Below, one piece after another: positions 20,168-27,987 of a stretch of DNA of 64,000 bases (position 1 is its first letter; each line of letters opens with the position of its first letter). The position numbers were made by a program, and so were the translations under genes. Source of the stretch: Thermoplasmata archaeon. Lineage in GTDB: Archaea; Thermoplasmatota; E2; DHVEG-1. The notes below the pieces were generated by a model. It was not told the DNA's origin. It did not search any database and saw only the letters and a program-made list of their open reading frames with translations. Location: assembly GCA_020054495.1 (NCBI GenBank), contig JAHWGK010000006.1, positions 4,829 through 68,828 on the forward strand, in the 5' to 3' direction.

Positions 20168-21316
20168 TTAGTTTTCTTCAACAAGTTTTGTTTTTATTTT
20201 TTCGATTTCAAGCTCCTTTTCTTCAGCAATACGCATATCTTTAATGTAATGATGTGTTATCGCTCCGACTAATGCAATCATAATTCCTGTAGCGGTATAC
20301 CCAATGAAATTAATTGTAAAAAACGGACCAACGTTGAGGCTTGTAGGCCAATTAATTAAAGCTTTATATAAAGAACTAAAAATGGCAGAGGAAATAAAAC
20401 CAAAGGCAAAGAGAGAGAAGGGTACAATCCAATAGTTCCAGGGAGTTCTTTTTTCACGTACATAAATATCTACTACCCATCCAAATACGGTTATTAAACC
20501 TGCTATTACTATCCCCCACACTATGTTACTTACAAATAATAACGCTGGGATTAGTGGTGCATCTGGTGGATAATTTTTACCAACAAATGTTGCATTATAG
20601 GCTAAAATACCAAAGGCAATTAGTATTACAACTGCAAGTATATATGTATAAACAGAGAGTTTCCCAGTAAGAAAACCTGATTTTATTTCTCGCCATAATA
20701 CAGCAAGGTTTCTTTCCCATCTGAAAACTCTTATTAGCAAATAAGTACCTAGTGTTAATAGGATAGCGCCAAATCCACTAGCTGTCAAATCAAGTAGTAC
20801 AAAGAAAGCCCATACTATTAGAACTAGAGCTATAGGTAGCAAAAATTGTTTTTGCACTTTATCATCATCAAGAATTTTAAGAATACGGTAATATGTGTCT
20901 TCTAATTCCCTGCTTTGTTTTACAGAGACTCGGTTTATTGATGTTATTTTTATTCTAGATTGAATTATTGGTAGTACATAATCATCCTCGGCACCATCTG
21001 TAACAAGAATTACATTATTCGCCTTTGTTTCTTTGATAACCTGTTCTAGTTGTTCTGATAATATCTCATCTGATTTTATTCCAACGTTCATATGTCCACA
21101 AATCGTAGCTATCTCTACATCCTTTTTTTCATTAATGAGTAAGTTATAAGTAGAAATTGCGGAAAAAATTGCATTTAGATCTGAGTCTTCTGGGTCAGCT
21201 TGCCCAAGTTTATTTGCCGCATCAATATTACCCTTAACTCCAATTATAGGGCTTTTTACTTTTGCTTTTCTCCCAAAATCATCATCACGATCCACATTTA
21301 GAACTAGGATTTTCAT
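20168..21316 (-). CDS. conserved archaeal membrane protein (DUF373-like)
   Basis: 382 aa. Soluble N-terminal domain (MKILVLNVDRDDDFGRKAKV..) followed by about 7 TM helices. The architecture matches DUF373 from memory. Confidence 0.6.
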   Translation of the reverse strand: MKILVLNVDRDDDFGRKAKVKSPIIGVKGNIDAANKLGQADPEDSDLNAIFSAISTYNLLINEKKDVEIATICGHMNVGIKSDEILSEQLEQVIKETKANNVILVTDGAEDDYVLPIIQSRIKITSINRVSVKQSRELEDTYYRILKILDDDKVQKQFLLPIALVLIVWAFFVLLDLTASGFGAILLTLGTYLLIRVFRWERNLAVLWREIKSGFLTGKLSVYTYILAVVILIAFGILAYNATFVGKNYPPDAPLIPALLFVSNIVWGIVIAGLITVFGWVVDIYVREKRTPWNYWIVPFSLFAFGFISSAIFSSLYKALINWPTSLNVGPFFTINFIGYTATGIMIALVGAITHHYIKDMRIAEEKELEIEKIKTKLVEEN

Positions 21317-21603
21317 GAGTTTCCAATCACAGTATCAATTATTTCGTATATAAGAATGTTACTGTCAATACTATTGTCCAGTATGACTGGGAATCATGTT
21401 ATTGAAAATATAAATAATATTAACAGCAAAGTATTGCATGAGGCGCAATAGGTAATGGCCGATGCTGAAAAGATTGCGCAAATACGCAGGTTTGTCAAAA
21501 GACGGAAAGTTGAAATATAAATCTCGAAAAGCCTAAAAACAAAATACGTTTAACAAAAACTTAGCAACGATTTTTATATACAATCATTATTTGCTTCTAT
21601 CAA

Positions 21604-22545
21604 ATGAAGGAGCATCCAAAGACCAGCAAATTTGATAATTTACCCAATTGGCAGTTTGTATTAATGATGATGGTTGCTGTAGTTGTATGGGCTCTTGCAT
21701 TTCCATTCATTAAAATCGGATTGGAAGAACTTTCATTTATCAACCTGACAATAATGAGATTTTTCGTGGTTTGTTGTATTCTTTTTTTTGTTCTTATTCT
21801 ACAAAAAAAAAGATTCTCCAAACTACAAAAGAAAGATATACTTCCAATATTCCTACTAGGGCTCCTAGGAGTAATAGCATATCATCTAGGATTAAATTAT
21901 GGTGAACAATTCATATCTCCGGGTACAGCTAGCTTAATAATTGCTACAATTCCAGTACAAATCGTAATATTAGCAGTGATTTTTCTTAAAGAAAAAATAA
22001 CCCTTATAAAACTAATTGGAATAATAATTTCATTAAGTGGTGTAGTAATAATTTCAATGTGGGGAAAAACCGGTACATCATTAGAGATCGATTATATTTT
22101 TGGAGCCTTAGCAGTTTTAATTGCAGCAACAACAGGCGCAATATATACAATAGTGGGAAAAAAATTCTTAGAACGTTACTCAGGGCTATCTTTGACTGTT
22201 TACGCAATGCTTTTAGGAAGTATTGGATTAATACCAACTATTAATAATTCACTTTTTGATCAAGTTTCAAAAATGTCAATAAATGGATGGTTTGCTGTTT
22301 TATTCTTAGGGATTTTTTCTACAGTTATAGGATATACAATTTGGTATGTAGCTTTAAAAATAAAAAATGCAAGTGAAATAAGTATCTATCTCTATGCAAT
22401 CCCAGTGCTGTCTACAATATTCAGTTATTTTATGTTTGGGCAAGAAATTACTTTAATGTTTATTCTTGGAGGAGCTCTAGTAATAATGGGTGTTGTAATT
22501 GTTAATAAGAGAACTGATAAGCAGTTGAACAATAAAATTGATTAA
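21604..22545 (+). CDS. EamA/DMT-family transporter
   Basis: 313 aa, about 10 TM, with a two-fold internal EamA repeat pattern. Confidence 0.8.
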   Translation: MKEHPKTSKFDNLPNWQFVLMMMVAVVVWALAFPFIKIGLEELSFINLTIMRFFVVCCILFFVLILQKKRFSKLQKKDILPIFLLGLLGVIAYHLGLNYGEQFISPGTASLIIATIPVQIVILAVIFLKEKITLIKLIGIIISLSGVVIISMWGKTGTSLEIDYIFGALAVLIAATTGAIYTIVGKKFLERYSGLSLTVYAMLLGSIGLIPTINNSLFDQVSKMSINGWFAVLFLGIFSTVIGYTIWYVALKIKNASEISIYLYAIPVLSTIFSYFMFGQEITLMFILGGALVIMGVVIVNKRTDKQLNNKID

Positions 22546-22711
22546 GGTTTTTCTAGTAACACGTTTTTCTCGCAAAAATTAGCACTTTCTTTCGAGAGTC
22601 CTCCTGTTAATATAAACCTCTGTCGGCAGTTCCTTATTACAAATAAAAACAAAATTTTATTAAACATACAATTATTGAAAAATAAAGGAAAATAAAGAGG
22701 TAATACATAGG

Positions 22712-22891
22712 ATGAATAAAGACAGATTTAGAATAACAGTAAGCAAAGTAATTATACAAACCCTTGACGAATACTGTAAATTAGAAAACAGGGACAGAAG
22801 TAACATGATAGAAAAAATGATAGTATTCTATGACAAAATAACAAAAGATAAAAGAAAATATGATATTATGAACAATAACAAAAATATTTAA
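22712..22891 (+). CDS. ribbon-helix-helix (CopG/Arc-like) DNA-binding mini-protein
   Basis: 59-aa ORF, below the track cut-off: MNKDRFRITVSKVIIQTLDEYCKLENRDRSNMIEKMIVFY.. It has the N-terminal beta-strand (RITVS) and two helices typical of RHH proteins. AAAGAGG lies 9 nt upstream of the ATG. Confidence 0.6.
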   Translation: MNKDRFRITVSKVIIQTLDEYCKLENRDRSNMIEKMIVFYDKITKDKRKYDIMNNNKNI

Positions 22892-23007
22892 TAATCAAAA
22901 AAAATAGTTATTTTCTCTCCCTTTTATTTAAAAATAAATAATAAAGAAACTTATAATCTATATTGATATTCATTATATACTGCAATAAATAAGGGTAAGG
23001 ATTAACA

Positions 23008-24333
23008 ATGGATGTTAAATTATATGCTCTTGGAGGTTATGAAGAAGTCGGTCGAAACATGACGTGTCTAGAGATTGGTAATGAAGCAGTAATTCTTGAT
23101 ATGGGCGTGTACATGGATCGCTTTATCCCACTCCAAGACCAAATACAACAATGTTCAACACAAACCCTAATCAAAGAAGATGTTATCCCAGATGATAGAC
23201 CTATTAATCATCTTCGAAAGAAAATGAAAGCAATAATACTTAGTCATGCTCATCTTGATCATATTGGAGCAGCTTATTGGCTTTCATCAAATTATAATTG
23301 CCCAATTTATACTACACCTTATACTAATAAAATTTTACAGCAAAGAGAAAAAAATAATCAATTACAACTGAAAAATAAAATCATTAGCATCACTCCAAAT
23401 TCATCTTATAAAATATCTGATAAAATCGAAATCGAATTTATTCATGTTACACATTCTGTTATTCAATCATCAATGATTAATATCATTACATCAGAGGGAA
23501 ATGTTTTATATTCTCTTGATTACAAATTTGATAATCATCCAGTAATCGGTCAAACAACAAATAAACAACGATTAAGAGAACTTGGAAAAGAACACATGTT
23601 AGCTCTCATCGTTGATTCAACGAATGCTGAAAAAGAAAATAAAACATATTCAGAGTCGGTTGCTCGAGAGATGCTTAGAGATGTTGTCTTAGGTATGGAA
23701 ACAGAGAAACATGGAGTTATCGTTTCAACTTTTTCTTCTCATATCGCCCGTTTAAAAACAATTTTAGACGTATCAAAAGACCTTGGTAGAGATACCGTAT
23801 TTTTAGGTAGGTCACTTCATGAATACATTAGTGCAGCTGAACAATTAGATTTTGTAAATTTTTCTGAAAAGGCTGAGATCATTAAAAATCCATATCGTTC
23901 AAAAAAACGATTAGATGAAATCAATAAAAACAGGGATAAATATCTTGTTGTTGCAACAGGTAGTCAAGGTGAACCAAATGCAACGATTTCTAAGATTGTA
24001 AATGAAGATATTCCCCTTAGGATTAAATCTGATGATTTTATAATCTTTGCATGTGGAGTTATCCCTACTCCATCAATCCAGGCAAATAGGGGGATTTTAG
24101 AAAATAAGATCCATCATAAAAAGGGAAGAATCTTCAAAGATGTCCATGTCTCTGGACATGCATCCCGGGAAGACATTAGAGATTTAATTAAAATTGTTTC
24201 ACCAGAAAACATTATTCCAGCTCATGGCGATATAAAAAAATTGGCATCAGTTGCAACACTTTCTATGGATATGGGATATGCTCTTGGTAAAAATGTGCAT
24301 CTTTTACAGAATGGACGCTATGTAAAACTTTAA
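23008..24333 (+). CDS. rnj: beta-CASP metallo-beta-lactamase ribonuclease (archaeal RNase J type)
   Basis: 441 aa with HxHxDH (SHAHLDHIGA), beta-CASP motifs and a late His (SGHAS, PAHGD). Size and start (MDVKLYALGGYEEVGRN) are typical of archaeal RNase J. Confidence 0.85.
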   Translation: MDVKLYALGGYEEVGRNMTCLEIGNEAVILDMGVYMDRFIPLQDQIQQCSTQTLIKEDVIPDDRPINHLRKKMKAIILSHAHLDHIGAAYWLSSNYNCPIYTTPYTNKILQQREKNNQLQLKNKIISITPNSSYKISDKIEIEFIHVTHSVIQSSMINIITSEGNVLYSLDYKFDNHPVIGQTTNKQRLRELGKEHMLALIVDSTNAEKENKTYSESVAREMLRDVVLGMETEKHGVIVSTFSSHIARLKTILDVSKDLGRDTVFLGRSLHEYISAAEQLDFVNFSEKAEIIKNPYRSKKRLDEINKNRDKYLVVATGSQGEPNATISKIVNEDIPLRIKSDDFIIFACGVIPTPSIQANRGILENKIHHKKGRIFKDVHVSGHASREDIRDLIKIVSPENIIPAHGDIKKLASVATLSMDMGYALGKNVHLLQNGRYVKL

Positions 24334-24432
24334 CAACATCATAATCAGCAAGTAAAAATGTTCTTTTACATAAAATTATAATCATTTAGATTACTTCAGA
24401 TTTATATATCATTAATATAACATCTCCAGAAT

Positions 24433-24573
24433 TTACTTATCTTCATATTTTCTACAATCACGGGGGCATCCTCTAAATGTATTTACTCCAGCTAAACATC
24501 TAAAACCTACTGCTTTTTCATCACCCGATTTGGGAATTGTTATTTTATAATATTTGCAATTTCCGTTTGGCAT
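24433..24573 (-). CDS. Cys-rich mini-protein (46 aa), hypothetical
   Basis: MPNGNCKYYKITIPKSGDEKAVGFRCLAGVNTFRGCPRDCRKYEDK* has four Cys (C6, C26, C36, C40). No clear SD motif, so this is weak. Confidence 0.3.
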   Translation of the reverse strand: MPNGNCKYYKITIPKSGDEKAVGFRCLAGVNTFRGCPRDCRKYEDK

Positions 24574-24690
24574 ATAAAATTAATATTTTATTAAAGATTT
24601 AAAATTTTACCATCATCCTACTATATTCTATAAATGCTCCTTATTACTAAAAAATTTAAAATAAAAAGAAAGAAAAAGAAATAAAAATAG

Positions 24691-24900
24691 TTAATTATGT
24701 ATAATTTGATGTACTTTATGACTCCATTGTTTTAAAAAGCCAGTTTTATTAAGATATCTAAGGGTATATGAGAGTTGTACTGTATTCATTTCTAATTGGT
24801 TTCTAAATTTTTCATTATTCCTGATGAAAGAATATTGTTGTTCTTTCATTAACCTTTTTACTTGTTTCGATTGATTTATTATCCGTTTTAGACTCTGCAT
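24691..24900 (-). CDS. hypothetical small protein (69 aa)
   Basis: ORF track 24691..24915. The internal ATG 24900 (MQSLKRIINQ..) is preceded by GGAGG. Basic and helical. Confidence 0.4.
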   Translation of the reverse strand: MQSLKRIINQSKQVKRLMKEQQYSFIRNNEKFRNQLEMNTVQLSYTLRYLNKTGFLKQWSHKVHQIIHN

Positions 24901-24948
24901 GTTTTTTTCCTCCATTTAATATATCTTACTATATGTTTGATTTCAATT

Positions 24949-25068
24949 TTATTCATTAATCGTAGTTGTATGTGATAATTTAATTTTTTTCTGCCATTCA
25001 TTAGTTTGAGGTAACTCAAAATCATTCATCCAGTCATTAAATGGATCAATATTTCTCATTTTTTTCAT
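24949..25068 (-). CDS. hypothetical mini-protein (39 aa)
   Basis: MKKMRNIDPFNDWMNDFELPQTNEWQKKIKLSHTTTINE*. GGAAGG lies 8 nt upstream of the ATG. Confidence 0.3.
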   Translation of the reverse strand: MKKMRNIDPFNDWMNDFELPQTNEWQKKIKLSHTTTINE

Positions 25069-25128
25069 TTGTTTTTCCTTCCATCAAATCTAAAATTAAG
25101 AATGATATAGTAATAGATGATAGATCTT

Positions 25129-25284
25129 TTAATTTAGCTTTATTTCATTGATATTTTTCCATGCATTATTGACACGTTGTGAAAAAATTATCACTTCTTC
25201 TTTCTTTTTTAATCTATTATTACGTATCCTCTCACGTATTTCGCTTATTCTTTTATCTCTGTGGTTTTTAAAAGCCTCACTCAT
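25129..25284 (-). CDS. hypothetical small basic protein (51 aa)
   Basis: ORF track 25129..25317. ATG 25284 (MSEAFKNHRDKRISEIRERIRNN..) is preceded by GAGGT. Confidence 0.4.
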   Translation of the reverse strand: MSEAFKNHRDKRISEIRERIRNNRLKKKEEVIIFSQRVNNAWKNINEIKLN

Positions 25285-25338
25285 TTTTTCTACCTCTTCT
25301 AAACATATTACTATCAATAATAGTTGAATGTTAACAGA

Positions 25339-25440
25339 TTAAGTGTATACATGTGTTCCAAATTTTATCATGTGATCTTTTAGTGACTCTTCAGTTCTAA
25401 ATTTTCGTCCACAGTAAATACATCTGCAAATTTTTGTCAA
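25339..25440 (-). CDS. 33-aa classical C2H2 zinc-finger mini-protein
   Basis: (M)TKICRCIYCGRKFRTEESLKDHMIKFGTHVYT* fits C-x2-C-x3-F-x5-L-x2-H-x6-H. TTG start with AGGAGG 6 nt upstream (taGGAGGaaaagtTTG). Confidence 0.55.
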   Translation of the reverse strand: MTKICRCIYCGRKFRTEESLKDHMIKFGTHVYT

Positions 25441-25535
25441 ACTTTTCCTCCTAAAAAAAGAGATTTGGGCGATATAATCGTCCTTAATATTCTGATTATC
25501 TCATTTTCTTAGTTTTCAGTGTTAAGTACGTTAAC

Positions 25536-25658
25536 TCATCTATCTGCTCTTGTAAATGTTGCTCTTCGAAAGTCATCTGCTTCTAATGACTGAAGTCGTT
25601 TTTGCTTTCTCCAGTCCCTATCGTTTTCAAAGACCGTAAATTCTCTGTCTATATTCAT
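25536..25658 (-). CDS. hypothetical mini-protein (40 aa)
   Basis: ORF track 25536..25733. ATG 25658 (MNIDREFTVFENDRDWRKQKRLQSLEADDFRR..) is preceded by GGTGA. The longer N-terminus (MYTTIYTTYC..) looks non-coding. Confidence 0.35.
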   Translation of the reverse strand: MNIDREFTVFENDRDWRKQKRLQSLEADDFRRATFTRADR

Positions 25659-25724
25659 TGATTTCACCTGCTCTTTCCGAAATTTATCGGATGATAGTAG
25701 TATGCAGTAGGTAGTATATATCGT

Positions 25725-25775
25725 TGTGTACAAAGGTATATAAATGTGTAAAATTATTACATGTTTGTGTAAAAT
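25725..25775 (+). promoter_or_regulatory. divergent promoter with TATA-like box (TATATAAA, 25737-25744) and three phased TGTGTA(AAAT) repeats; candidate RHH operator
   Basis: TGTGTA occurs at 25725-25730, 25745-25750 and 25766-25771 (spacing 20 and 21 bp). The last two copies extend to the identical 10-mer TGTGTAAAAT, and the final copy ends 1 nt before ATG 25776. Confidence 0.45.
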
Positions 25776-25931
25776 ATGGTAAAAAGAATACGAATGAACA
25801 TATCTTTAACCAAAGAAGAAAATACCCTCATCAAAAAAATCGCGAAAGAAGAAGAAAGACCATATAGCAGACAAATAGTTTACATGATGAATTTCTACAT
25901 AAAAAATAATAAGAAAAATGAGGTGAAATAA
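25776..25931 (+). CDS. ribbon-helix-helix (CopG-like) mini-protein
   Basis: 51 aa: MVKRIRMNISLTKEENTLIKKIAKEEERPYSRQIVYMMNFYIKNN.. The pattern is RHH (beta-strand MNISL, helix, PYSRQIV helix). Its stop abuts the next ATG (TAAATG). Confidence 0.6.
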   Translation: MVKRIRMNISLTKEENTLIKKIAKEEERPYSRQIVYMMNFYIKNNKKNEVK

Positions 25932-26129
25932 ATGAAATATATATGTAATCGATGTGCTAAAATTTTTCAGGCAAATGACATAACCATTCATTATACGACA
26001 GGTGACAATGGATTAGAAATTGTTGCTATTTGTAAATTGTGTTTAGAAAGATACTTGGAGAAAACAAAGGTACATACTGATAGAAAAGAAGATGAAAATG
26101 AAAGAATGAAAATGAAAAGGAAATGGTAG
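25932..26129 (+). CDS. zinc-ribbon mini-protein (CxxC..CxxC) with Lys/Glu-rich tail
   Basis: 65 aa: MKYICNRCAKIF..VAICKLCLERY.. with two CxxC pairs 25 residues apart. Contiguous with the RHH gene. Confidence 0.55.
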   Translation: MKYICNRCAKIFQANDITIHYTTGDNGLEIVAICKLCLERYLEKTKVHTDRKEDENERMKMKRKW

Positions 26130-26169
26130 TTAAACAAATCCAAGCGAGAAATCCCCAACTTTTAACATA

Positions 26170-26269
26170 ACTTTTGCACTTTTTTGAAAAACAAGGAGAA
26201 AAGGTCAGTAGAGTAAATATTGCTATCTCTCCTTACATATGCCTGATTAATGACAAAAAGTGCAAAAGT
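26170..26269. repeat. nested inverted repeat (15-bp perfect outer arms, 7-bp inner arms)
   Basis: ACTTTTGCACTTTTT (26170-26184) is the exact reverse complement of AAAAAGTGCAAAAGT (26255-26269). Inner pair: AAGGAGA (26193-26199) and TCTCCTT (26228-26234). Confidence 0.6.
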
Positions 26270-26489
26270 ATTGTTATAAGTTTCCTTTGCATTCTTTTAA
26301 AAACAGGCCTTGTAAGTCAATCAAAAAAGAAAAATATCATCTTCATCAGCAGTTAATAAATTATTTCTAGCGGCAGGTTTAAAGATCAAATGACAAACTT
26401 TTGAAGGAAATACGAGAAATGATTTACATGTAAAGTGCTAATATTCAACGGAAACTATTTAATCAAAAAATTGTTGCATTTTTGATACA

Positions 26490-27728
26490 ATGTACCAGAA
26501 ATGGAATAACAATGTACGGTTAAAACCCAAAATTGTTAGAAAATGTGGAGAGATAAAACCATTGGATATAGTGGTGGGTGTACTCTGTAAAGATGTGGAG
26601 AGTACGATTCTGAATGTGTTAAATGTGGTCAACAAGGGACTCTACAAGTTCTTTCCTGATTTCAAAAAAGCCATCGTAGTCAGTATGGGGTTTTCATCAG
26701 ATGATACTGCCGAAGCAATAGAGCTTTTTCAACCATACAATAGCATAGCAAAAATCGTGACTGATGACATAACGTTGGGTGGCAAAGGCGGTGGTATACG
26801 AACCATTATCGAAATCGCTCATGAAGCTGAAGCAAAAGTAATTGTCTTACTCGATGGAGATCTTCTAAGTATCGAACCAGAATGGATCCAAGCGATTTCA
26901 ACACCCATTATATATGGACGGGCTGATCTTACTGTTCCCCACTATATACGGGATAAGTACGATGGTGTGGTCACCAACAATTTGGTTTATCCCTTTACGA
27001 GAGCAGTATACGGTCTTAACATCAGACAGCCGATTGCAGGTGAATTCGGGTTATCAAGGGATTTATATGAAATTTTACGGAAACATCCGTTATTCCCACC
27101 TGATTTTGGAGTTGACATTTTCATTGTAACCGTAGCAACAGCAGAACAAATGATGATAAGAGAAGGACTGTTTGCTCTCAAAATTCATAGGTCGACGGGA
27201 CGATATTTAGAACCTGAGAAATTTTTAATACCAATGTTTCGGAAGGTAACAGGGAACATGTTTGAACTCGCAAAATACTACGAAGAGCTTTGGAAGAAGA
27301 GAGAGCCAAAGCAGCATAAATCACGGTATAAAGAACATTTCGGCCAAAAACCTATCCCAGTTAACGTAGACATCAATAAATTGAAGAAGACTTTCAAAAA
27401 CGAGTTTACCACATCAAAAATGACGTTCGCACGATTCCTGCCAGATGAGATAATAGCTGCTCTAGATAATATTGCCCATCATATCGAACTATTTGATGCT
27501 GAACTCTGGGCTAATATCGTGTATCATTTTGCAGCGTCTTATAAGAAAATGAAAACCGATTCTGATAAGGATTTGCTCATCGAGTCGTTGAAAACACTTT
27601 GGATTGGTCGATTTGTAAGTTATGCTATTGAAACAAAAGATATGGACATAAATAAGGCAGAACATGTCATTCAAAAATCAGCAGAAATCTTCGAAAAACA
27701 ATTCAGTTATCTCCGTTCTATTTATTAG
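26490..27728 (+). CDS. GT-A fold glycosyltransferase (GT2/GT81-like; specific substrate unknown)
   Basis: 412 aa with a Rossmann-like N-terminal half, a DxD-type LLDGDLL motif and a QPIAGEFGLSRDL segment. It reminds me of glucosylglycerate or mannosylglycerate-type synthases, but I cannot verify that. Confidence 0.5.
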   Translation: MYQKWNNNVRLKPKIVRKCGEIKPLDIVVGVLCKDVESTILNVLNVVNKGLYKFFPDFKKAIVVSMGFSSDDTAEAIELFQPYNSIAKIVTDDITLGGKGGGIRTIIEIAHEAEAKVIVLLDGDLLSIEPEWIQAISTPIIYGRADLTVPHYIRDKYDGVVTNNLVYPFTRAVYGLNIRQPIAGEFGLSRDLYEILRKHPLFPPDFGVDIFIVTVATAEQMMIREGLFALKIHRSTGRYLEPEKFLIPMFRKVTGNMFELAKYYEELWKKREPKQHKSRYKEHFGQKPIPVNVDINKLKKTFKNEFTTSKMTFARFLPDEIIAALDNIAHHIELFDAELWANIVYHFAASYKKMKTDSDKDLLIESLKTLWIGRFVSYAIETKDMDINKAEHVIQKSAEIFEKQFSYLRSIY

Positions 27729-27987
27729 AAGAGATTCTGTACGTATAAACCAATGTGAATTATGAATTTCAAGAAAGGCCTTCGCGTGTTAAATAAAAAC
27801 ATTTTTCATTAGGTGGTTCATTAACCTGTAAGAAATCTTAATTTTTATTGGTAAAAGTGTATTCAAATCTCGTCCCTTGAACCTCAAATATTTAAAAAAC
27901 TATTGTCCAAGTATATGGACCATAAATAGAAAACGTATTATACGAAATACCTAAAAATTGATTAATCAATTATCATTTTCTAAAAAT

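Noticed and set aside
21455-21520. 21-aa micro-ORF (MADAEKIAQIRRFVKRRKVEI) inside the GC-rich hairpin region
   Set aside because: Too short, no convincing SD, and it overlaps the hairpin, which is the more parsimonious feature.
22678-22700. Tandem AAAATAAAG(G/A) upstream of the first RHH gene
   Set aside because: Only two A-rich copies that include the SD-like AAAGAGG. This is expected by chance in this composition.
26174-26356. 60-aa ORF spanning the nested inverted repeat
   Set aside because: TTG start, no SD, and the translation is dominated by the palindrome arms. The region is better explained as a structured non-coding element.
24334-26489. Calling the mini-protein islet an integrated provirus or mobile element
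   Set aside because: No integrase, no flanking direct repeats (att), no tRNA target and no capsid or replication gene could be identified. It is reported as a finding, not annotated as a mobile element.
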